Assembly: GCA_016840035.1 (NCBI GenBank)
Contig: JAEOTC010000046.1
Span: 1 to 14,212, forward strand
Origin: Candidatus Hodarchaeota archaeon
GTDB lineage: Archaea; Asgardarchaeota; Heimdallarchaeia; Hodarchaeales; Hodarchaeaceae
Direction: 5' to 3'
DNA length: 14,212 bases
Shown here: positions 7,621 to 14,212 of the stretch, piece by piece
Position numbering within the stretch: the first letter of the stretch is position 1
How the letters are laid out: each line of letters opens with the position of its first letter
Notes under the pieces: model-generated
What the model was told of the DNA's origin: nothing
What the model saw: the letters and a program-made list of their open reading frames with translations, nothing else
Database searches by the model: none
Position numbers and translations under genes: made by a program

Positions 7621-7684
7621 AGAGATTTTCAAGTTTATCCTTTTGAAAATTCTCTAAACATTTTACAATCCAACGTTTAGAGAA
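7621..7684 (-). other. Two overlapping, mutually exclusive hairpins spanning the MFS stop codon
   Basis: Stem A: AGAGATTTTCAA (7621-7632) with TTGAAAATTCTCT (7643-7655), one bulge. Stem B: TTCTCTAAAC (7650-7659) with GTTTAGAGAA (7675-7684), 10 bp perfect. Confidence 0.55.
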
Positions 7685-8961
7685 ATTGGTAGATTAGGTT
7701 TTTTCGGTTCTTCGACGAAAAAGAAAGCCACTCCACCAATAAAACGTAGTACTACAACTACTAAGAGCATTGTGTATATTGCTGACCATTTCCCTATAAA
7801 ACCTATTAATAATTCTGTTGCAATTCCCATAGAAATGGAACCAATAAAGGTTACTACCCCCATAATTAATTGATACGCACCCACATAATTCCCTTTGGAT
7901 TCCTCGGGAGCGGAATCTATGATATAGGCGTTTATTGTAACAAAATAAAGTCCATATCCAAGTCCACCAATTAAATTTCCTATTGTTAATTCTATCCAAT
8001 TCCTGGCAAAAAAGAGGACGATAGGGATAAGAAACATCACCCTTCTCCCCCAAAAGCCAATCCTCTTTCCCCGTTTATCAATTAAATATCCACCAATCAC
8101 TAAGGAACAGACCTGACATACCATAAAGGCCGCCCACATGAGGGAATATTCCGTAGGAGACGCATATCTTTCTCTAACAAAAATGAAAATAGGCCATCCT
8201 GTTGACATACTGAAATCCATTAATGCACATACCAGAACAAATCGTCTAAAAGTAGGATTTTCTTTAAGTGGTTTGAAAGTATTAATAAAACTGTGTTTTA
8301 GATTAAATTTGTTTGATGTAGGATATTTCTCTGCGCTGTTTGGAGCAGTTTCTTTCATGAAAAGTGCTAGAACTCCAGCAAGTAAAAAACCGAAAGCTCC
8401 AATACGAAAAATTATGCCATATTGTTGTGCATAATCAACGCTAATAAATGGGACTACCCATCCAGTTATTAGAAATACACACATTGTAAAAATTACACTC
8501 ACAGTTGTGATCCTTCCAATATATGACCCTCTCTTACTTTCTTTTGAAGTATCACCTAAAACTGCGATCCATGATGGGGTGAATATACTAAATGCAAGGG
8601 AATAAAGTATCATTGCCCCTAGAAATATTATCGGATTCGTTATGAGAGGATATAAAAAGCTCATGAATGCGGAAGCAAACAGTCCTAAAACAAGAAACGG
8701 TTTTCTTCCGAATTTGTCACTTAATCGGCCGAAAGGAGATTGAACCGCTAATTGTATTAAATTCCGCATGCTTGTAATGATTGACACTAAAAATGGGGTC
8801 GATTGAATAAAAACAGCATATATTTGAGCATATGCTGCTCCAATGAAATTCCCAATTTCCTTACCTATTGCTATACTATAAATGAGGGGTTTTTTGTACT
8901 TTGATACCTTGTGTTTGTCAGAGAGATATTCTAATGAGACTCTCATTGAATTTTCAGTCAA
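7663..8961 (-). CDS. Major facilitator superfamily (MFS) transporter
   Basis: About 12 TM helices, motif A GRLSDKFGRK and its C-half repeat GYLIDKRGKR, SKRGSYIG/SKGNYVG repeats. TTG start 8961, alternative ATG 8946. Confidence 0.92.
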   Translation of the reverse strand: MTENSMRVSLEYLSDKHKVSKYKKPLIYSIAIGKEIGNFIGAAYAQIYAVFIQSTPFLVSIITSMRNLIQLAVQSPFGRLSDKFGRKPFLVLGLFASAFMSFLYPLITNPIIFLGAMILYSLAFSIFTPSWIAVLGDTSKESKRGSYIGRITTVSVIFTMCVFLITGWVVPFISVDYAQQYGIIFRIGAFGFLLAGVLALFMKETAPNSAEKYPTSNKFNLKHSFINTFKPLKENPTFRRFVLVCALMDFSMSTGWPIFIFVRERYASPTEYSLMWAAFMVCQVCSLVIGGYLIDKRGKRIGFWGRRVMFLIPIVLFFARNWIELTIGNLIGGLGYGLYFVTINAYIIDSAPEESKGNYVGAYQLIMGVVTFIGSISMGIATELLIGFIGKWSAIYTMLLVVVVLRFIGGVAFFFVEEPKKPNLPISLNVGL

Positions 8962-9016
8962 TACTTTCCCTATGGTTATTTTTTTTCTTGAGCTAATTCA
9001 TCTTTTGTACGTTCAG

Positions 9017-9101
9017 AGATAAGATTCTCAAAAAAAAGTCAAAGACGTGAAAGCTAGCGAACCATTAATTGAAGGTTGATGTCTATCTTAGAATCTTATC
9101 T
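9017..9101. repeat. 85-bp intergenic element bounded by perfect 12-bp inverted repeats and containing an oligo-T terminator candidate
   Basis: AGATAAGATTCT (9017-9028) and AGAATCTTATCT (9090-9101). A8 at 9030-9037 reads T8 on the transcribed minus strand. Confidence 0.7.
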
Positions 9102-9108
9102 ACTCTTT

Positions 9109-10227
9109 TTATCCTTTTTTTACCAGAAAAATTCCAAGAATGAATATTGATAATACAGTCCAACTTAACAATATAATCCATGATTCAAATAAGTACTGAA
9201 CTCCTCGTTCAAAGATTATTGCAGTCAATATTCGGATTGCAGCTGCGCTTGGTAACAATTTAAATAATTCTGATCCTGCTGAGAATTCTAATGGATTAAT
9301 TGCCCCACCCACCATCCAAAAAGTGAGCGTTACAATAATAGTTGGTGCAGGAACCGCCCGTAAATCACCTGTTATCATACCATAGGATACCCCGAGAATG
9401 CTGAAGGTTAACGAAAAACATACAAAAATACCTGAAAACACTAAAATCTCAAATAAATCGGTGAAATAAGATCCATATAGTAATGTTGCTAATATAGTAA
9501 TTAATAATATCATTATAAATGAAATGACAGTAGTAGCTAGTATTTTTCCTACTCTAGAGAATTTCTCTCCCTTATCAGCCATTATTATCTCCGTCCAAGT
9601 GTTATAATCCTTCTCTGTTGTACCTAACACTCCTCCAATCAACAGATTAAACCACATAATAGCCATTACAAGGATTCCACTGACCATATAATCAATTCTG
9701 CGCAACTCTTGTCCATAGACCAATCTGGGGTCTATGGTAATTCCTGGGCGAACAGTTTCTTCGAGTTGATATTTTTGGATAAAGAGATATAATCTTCCCT
9801 CTAATCCTAAACGTAGATTTTTTGAAATATCTTCATGTATTGTATTGATCTGTGCTGTCATAAGGACTGATACATTCCCCTCTGAAATATCTTTACTAAA
9901 AGTAGAAGGTATATAGAGAATTGCGAATGTCTGTCTTTGATTAAACAATGTTATTGCGGATTCATTATCTGTTTCAATCGCATTAAAGTATGGAATAGTA
10001 CCCTCATGAGATTCTAGAATCTTAATAAACTTAGTTGTCCAATTATTTACATTATCATCATCGTCATTCACAATGGCAAGAGGAAATCCTTCACCTGTAG
10101 GATTAAAAGCCTGTATGAATATAATTGATAATGCTATGGGAGGAAGTAAAGCCATCACAAATAGAATTCTATTTCTAAACATGAATCTGACTGATTTTAT
10201 GAACTCAGCATATATTTGGACATACAT
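9109..10227 (-). CDS. ABC-2-type permease (ABC2_membrane_3 / YhhJ-like) with extracytoplasmic domain
   Basis: TM1, PLAIVNDD, LYIP..FS extracellular domain, five further TMs and EKDYNTWTEIIMA coupling helix. Third gene of the ABC operon. Confidence 0.88.
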   Translation of the reverse strand: MYVQIYAEFIKSVRFMFRNRILFVMALLPPIALSIIFIQAFNPTGEGFPLAIVNDDDDNVNNWTTKFIKILESHEGTIPYFNAIETDNESAITLFNQRQTFAILYIPSTFSKDISEGNVSVLMTAQINTIHEDISKNLRLGLEGRLYLFIQKYQLEETVRPGITIDPRLVYGQELRRIDYMVSGILVMAIMWFNLLIGGVLGTTEKDYNTWTEIIMADKGEKFSRVGKILATTVISFIMILLITILATLLYGSYFTDLFEILVFSGIFVCFSLTFSILGVSYGMITGDLRAVPAPTIIVTLTFWMVGGAINPLEFSAGSELFKLLPSAAAIRILTAIIFERGVQYLFESWIILLSWTVLSIFILGIFLVKKG

Positions 10228-11355
10228 TTACGAACGTGCCTCCTTTAGAAACACTCGTGTTGCTATTAGGAAAATAATAATCCCATATAATCCAGTAATA
10301 ATAACATCAAAGACTAGTAAACTTAACTCGATCTCACCTGTGACAATTACAGTAATGAAGGATCGAAAAAAGTATGTTCCTGGCCAAATCATTGCTAATA
10401 TTGATAACCAACCTTGCCAAATTTCAGCTGGTACCAATCCACCCCCAATCCACCATCCTGTGACACTTAAAATAAGAACTGCAATAGCAGCTGGAATCAC
10501 TAATTTGATTCTGGCAGCAAAGAGGAAACCAATTGGAGAAAAACAAAGAACACCCCATATAAACAAAAAAATTAACAATAAAGGATTACCTTGAGGAATA
10601 AATTGAAAAAACATGAATTCAAAAATTAGGATCAAAATGAAACAGATTGCTGTTTGGACTAGGGTTGTAACCAATTTTCCAACAAGAAGTTCACTTGAAG
10701 ATGATCCCATGATTAATTCCTTCATTGTTGCTTTTTCAAATTCATTAGCTGTAGCTGTGACCATATTAACCGACCCAGATAGAATTACTGTTAATGCTAG
10801 GATAGCAGCAATTGTATAATTGGTAAAAGTCACATCACGTGGTGTTGAAGGGTTAAAATCAAATGATACTGACCGATAAACTACCCCCCCTATTTCTAAG
10901 TTTCTATTAATGTGATTACAGGCCAATTCTACTCGTTGAAGCACATTCTTAGTTACATCATCATTTATATTATGAATATGAACTTCTAACTCAACAATTT
11001 CTCCTGATTGAAGTCGAGAACTTAAATTATAAGGAATAATTATATAACCCAAAATATCTCCTGAATCGAATTTAGATAGAACATAGGTTGCTGATGAGTT
11101 GTTTTCAATTTCAAACCAAGGAACTCCAGTTCCGCTTTTCATTGAAATCATGTAATCACGTAATTCCTTTGCTAGTGGGTCATCATCAACTAAAATTATA
11201 CCAGCAGGGAGAATCTCTGCTTGTTTTAGAAATACACCTACAAATAGACTAATTATTATCAAAGGAATGATGGCAATTAGAATTAGGAAAGGTTGTCTTC
11301 GCCATTCCTTCAAATCTTTACTAACAATGCTAAGGATTTTATCAAGGAATATCAT
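10228..11355 (-). CDS. ABC-2-type permease (ABC2_membrane_3 / YhhJ-like) with extracytoplasmic domain
   Basis: KDLKEWRRQP start, GIILVDDD, IIIPYNLS, EFEKATMKELIMG...LLVGK, GGGLVP and WPGTY. Paralogous to the next gene (NINDDVTKN vs TIHEDISKN). RBS GAGGT upstream. Confidence 0.88.
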   Translation of the reverse strand: MIFLDKILSIVSKDLKEWRRQPFLILIAIIPLIIISLFVGVFLKQAEILPAGIILVDDDPLAKELRDYMISMKSGTGVPWFEIENNSSATYVLSKFDSGDILGYIIIPYNLSSRLQSGEIVELEVHIHNINDDVTKNVLQRVELACNHINRNLEIGGVVYRSVSFDFNPSTPRDVTFTNYTIAAILALTVILSGSVNMVTATANEFEKATMKELIMGSSSSELLVGKLVTTLVQTAICFILILIFEFMFFQFIPQGNPLLLIFLFIWGVLCFSPIGFLFAARIKLVIPAAIAVLILSVTGWWIGGGLVPAEIWQGWLSILAMIWPGTYFFRSFITVIVTGEIELSLLVFDVIITGLYGIIIFLIATRVFLKEARS

Positions 11356-11373
11356 TTTAAAATCATACCTCGT

Positions 11374-12342
11374 CTATTCCCTCAGTTTTGTACCTGTTAA
11401 TTCCAGAAAAACATCATCTAATGTAGGAGTTCTGACATTCAAGTTAATTAATGATAAATCGCTAAAAGTTTGGATGGTTTGAGAAAATTCCGTCAATAAT
11501 TGATTGGCTTCAACATTAGCAGGGAGAGATACGAGGTAATGATCATCTATTTCTAATTGTGTTATTTTAATAGAAGTATACTTCTCATATAATTGATTAT
11601 AGAGTTGATTTTGCATATCCTTTGAAACAGCAATCTGAGCTTCTAACAAAACTCCCCCCGCATATTTAATTTTGAGGTTTTCAGGGCGGTCAAGAACGAT
11701 TAATTTACCATGATCAATTATTGCACATTGATCTGCTAATCTATCCGCTTCATCCATATAGTTTGTGCATAAAATAATCGTTTTATCCTGTTTCAGCTCA
11801 TTTATACGATTCCAAATCTCATTTCTACTTTGAACGTCTACTCCTAATGTTGGTTCATCTAAAATAAGGATATTAGGATCATGTATTAGCGCACGGACTA
11901 ATGCCAACCGTCTTTTCATTCCACCTGAAAAAGTATTCACTCTATCATTTGCTCGATCAGTCAATTGAGCTAGTTCCAATGCATCATCAATTCTAGTATT
12001 TCTGTTAGATCGAGGGACACCATAAAATCGAGCATGAAATTCTAAATTTTCTTTGGCTGTTAAATAGTCGTATAAGGCTGTTTCTTGAGGGACTAGTCCT
12101 ACCATTTTGCGGATTTGATTAGGTTCTTTCTCCGGATCAAATCCTCCCACGTCTACCTTCCCACTATTTCGTTTTAATAATCCACATAGAATATTGATTA
12201 GGGTGGTTTTTCCACTACCATTGGGTCCTAGAAACGAGAAGACTTGATTTTGATCTATCTTTAATGATAAATTATCGATTGCATTCCGTTTACCATCATA
12301 AGATTGCGTTAAATCTTCAATAATTATGACCAAGATTATCAT
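11374..12342 (-). CDS. ABC-2-type (DrrA/NodI-like) exporter ATP-binding protein
   Basis: GPNGSGKTT, Q-loop VPQE, FSGGMKRR, LILDEPTLGVD and C-terminal PTLDDVFLELTG.LRE. The H-loop reads CTNYMDEA. Possible TTG start at 12333. Confidence 0.95.
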   Translation of the reverse strand: MIILVIIIEDLTQSYDGKRNAIDNLSLKIDQNQVFSFLGPNGSGKTTLINILCGLLKRNSGKVDVGGFDPEKEPNQIRKMVGLVPQETALYDYLTAKENLEFHARFYGVPRSNRNTRIDDALELAQLTDRANDRVNTFSGGMKRRLALVRALIHDPNILILDEPTLGVDVQSRNEIWNRINELKQDKTIILCTNYMDEADRLADQCAIIDHGKLIVLDRPENLKIKYAGGVLLEAQIAVSKDMQNQLYNQLYEKYTSIKITQLEIDDHYLVSLPANVEANQLLTEFSQTIQTFSDLSLINLNVRTPTLDDVFLELTGTKLRE

Positions 12343-12356
12343 CTCAAATTAGAAAC

Positions 12357-12406
12357 TTTTATAAGACAATTTTATCACAATTCTCACATGAATCACCTGA
12401 CAGGTG
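12357..12406 (-). promoter_or_regulatory. Promoter/operator region of the ABC operon
   Basis: TTATAAAA on minus (12364-12357), TCAC at 9-bp intervals (12375, 12384, 12393) and palindrome CACCTG-A-CAGGTG (12394-12406). Confidence 0.45.
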
Positions 12407-12483
12407 TTGCATAACAATCTGGTTGATTTAATGATTTGACATTTAAAAACATTTGTATTGAAGAAAGAAATGAGGAAGCTCCA

Positions 12484-12506
12484 TTACATTGTACTTTAGA
12501 ATGTAA
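12484..12506 (+). promoter_or_regulatory. Inverted repeat upstream of the TrmB-family gene, candidate operator
   Basis: TTACATT-GTACTTTAG-AATGTAA, lying between TATA-like TTTAAAAA (12442-12449) and ATG 12536. Confidence 0.45.
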
Positions 12507-12535
12507 GATGCAGTTATCAGGGAAATGGTTTTAGT

Positions 12536-13339
12536 ATGAGTTCTAAAACAATTGATAACTTTAAGAAAATTGGTTTAAGTGAATATGAAGCAAAAATTTT
12601 CACTGAATTATATCAAAGATCTCCACAAAGCGCATCTTCTTTAGTAGGGAATACAGGTGTATCACGAGGGAGGATATATGACGTATTGAGGAAATTAGAA
12701 AGAAACCTCTTAGTGATTGAAGTTCCAGTTGCAAAACATCCAAGTACTTCAAGTTTATACCAAGTTGCAGACTTTCCTGAATGTCTTGAGCGACTAAAAA
12801 GGGAGCTGATAACTGATCTTGAGAAACAATTTGAGGAAATAAAACAAGAGTTAAAGACTCTTCAGAGAGAAGAATATGAGGAAGGGTTAACATCAGAAGA
12901 TTTTATGGTTATAAAGGGGAGGAAAGCCAATAATTATTACATAAAAAAGATTATTAACGAAACTAAGAAACATCTTGTAACAAATTTCACTGCTCCGTTA
13001 CTAATTGAATATAAGAATGCTTTTTTAAATCTTAAAAAACGAAAGATAAGATCTACTTATCTTATTTCAGATATTGATCTGCAAAACGAAAAGATTATTG
13101 ATATATTAAAAGGAAATGAAGTTTATGTTCTACAATTAACTACTTTGAAAAACATTCCTATACTATCTGTATTTAAAGATGTTAGACCATCAATGATTAT
13201 TTCTGATCAATTGAACTCAATATTATCGTTCTATAAACAAACTTCTGATAGTTTATTAGTAACAAATCCTGCATTAATTCAATATCAAATGTATATTTTG
13301 GAACTATTTCAACAGGGAGGGGAAAAATGGGAAGGATGA
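12536..13339 (+). CDS. TrmB-family (sugar-responsive) transcriptional regulator
   Basis: N-terminal wHTH GLSEYEAKIF..L.....SAS.L...TGVSRGRIYDVLRKLE, coiled-coil linker and C-terminal effector-domain start (VIKGR....YIKKIINETKK). Confidence 0.9.
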   Translation: MSSKTIDNFKKIGLSEYEAKIFTELYQRSPQSASSLVGNTGVSRGRIYDVLRKLERNLLVIEVPVAKHPSTSSLYQVADFPECLERLKRELITDLEKQFEEIKQELKTLQREEYEEGLTSEDFMVIKGRKANNYYIKKIINETKKHLVTNFTAPLLIEYKNAFLNLKKRKIRSTYLISDIDLQNEKIIDILKGNEVYVLQLTTLKNIPILSVFKDVRPSMIISDQLNSILSFYKQTSDSLLVTNPALIQYQMYILELFQQGGEKWEG

Positions 13340-13447
13340 GACAACTATTGTTTTATAGAAATTTCCTCAGAAACTTTGGATAGCAAGAGAGATATTATTA
13401 ATTCAAACATCCTATTATTGACAAATTTATTTCAAAGATGGAAAACA

Positions 13448-14212
13448 ATGCTAAAAGTAAGCAGGAAAGGCATGAGGGTAGTAATAGTTGCAGCAGTTTG
13501 TCTATGGACGATTATTGTTCCAAATTCAAGAGCTTTGTCACGAGCAGTATTGGGAATAAATAACGAACTCCTAGATACGTCAGATGAATTAGGTCAAATT
13601 GATAGGGTAAAACAGATGCCAAATCTTCCTTTACCCTTTCAGATGAGAGACTGGAAACAAGTAGCTCAAGATTATGACGCATTTATCTTTAACTTCAGCA
13701 AGACAGGAGATTTCTTACCATTAATTCATTGGGATTCAAACCATGTGAATTTTAATCGAGATACTTTCAACTTACCATCTTATGTTGGTACATCAGTAGC
13801 TGACGAAGCAATCAACTGTATGGCTGCGGTATTGAGCGCTACACTTGTAGGAATAGATAAAAGCAACCAAAGTGGTTACAACTGGGTTGAAATGTGTGAA
13901 AACTGGTATAATGTTGATTCAGGGGAACTAATCTACTTGAATAATCGATTTGCTAGTTCGTCTACTAGTTTTTGGTATGTTCTATTTCCAAATCTGATAT
14001 TCTACCAATTAGCATATTATTATCCTGATACTGCTGATTTTCAAAATGAATTGCGGGGAGTAGCGGACAGATGGTATAAAGCCTGTACTGGAATGGGTGG
14101 GGATAAAGATCCTTGGACTCTTCCCGATTTCGATTACACTGCATTTGATTTCAGTACATCCAACCCTGTTTATAATGGTAAATGGAGAGAACCTGATTCA
14201 GCAGCAGCCATC
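13448..14212 (+). CDS. Secreted uncharacterised protein, putative carbohydrate-active enzyme (3'-truncated, absent from the ORF track)
   Basis: 255 open codons from ATG 13448 to the window end: MLKVSRKGMRVVIVAAVCLWTIIVPNSRA (signal-peptide-like)...IDRVKQMPNLPLPFQMRDWKQVAQDYDAFIF...LPSYVG...EAINCMAAVLSATLVGIDKSNQ...SFWY...WREPDSAAAI. Confidence applies to the CDS; function is inferred. Confidence 0.85.
   Translation, partial: MLKVSRKGMRVVIVAAVCLWTIIVPNSRALSRAVLGINNELLDTSDELGQIDRVKQMPNLPLPFQMRDWKQVAQDYDAFIFNFSKTGDFLPLIHWDSNHVNFNRDTFNLPSYVGTSVADEAINCMAAVLSATLVGIDKSNQSGYNWVEMCENWYNVDSGELIYLNNRFASSSTSFWYVLFPNLIFYQLAYYYPDTADFQNELRGVADRWYKACTGMGGDKDPWTLPDFDYTAFDFSTSNPVYNGKWREPDSAAAI

Noticed and set aside
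8962-9108. In-frame continuity from permease 2 into the MFS gene (147-nt gap)
   Set aside because: A second in-frame stop, TAG at 9102-9100, follows three codons after the TAA.
7441-12893. Overlapping ORFs 7441-7632, 7694-8053, 8138-8434, 10073-10594, 10613-10819, 11267-11482 and 12600-12893
   Set aside because: Shadows of real genes. Stop-poor antisense frames are expected opposite hydrophobic membrane-protein codons, which explains the 173-aa one.
1-14212. Genome-wide stop-codon reassignment
   Set aside because: TAA, TAG and TGA each end genes at positions matching expected family lengths, and no gene has an internal stop within a conserved domain.

Overview
AT-rich (roughly one-third GC by eye) prokaryotic window, most likely archaeal and plausibly Asgard. 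That call is inferred from TrmB and Bat/HTH_10 regulators, an AGGTGA ribosome-binding site, TATA-like promoters and TTG/GTG starts. It holds 13 complete CDSs plus one long 3'-truncated CDS missing from the ORF track. In order: a HemG-like flavodoxin and a GH4 alpha-galactosidase (+); an HTH_10 regulator, ABM-family protein and iron-sulfur flavoprotein (-); a divergent ABC-2 ATPase and internally duplicated permease (+); a small membrane protein, an MFS transporter and a three-gene ABC-2 exporter (-); then a TrmB regulator and a secreted uncharacterised protein that may be carbohydrate-active (+). I see no rRNA, tRNA, CRISPR array, transposase or integrase. The window is mostly ordinary metabolism and transport, and no novel system is demonstrated by the sequence alone. 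The best leads are the TrmB plus secreted-protein pair (in frame across one UGA), an ABC operon lying in a single reading frame whose ATPase has Asn at the switch His, and structured non-coding elements on both sides of the MFS gene.
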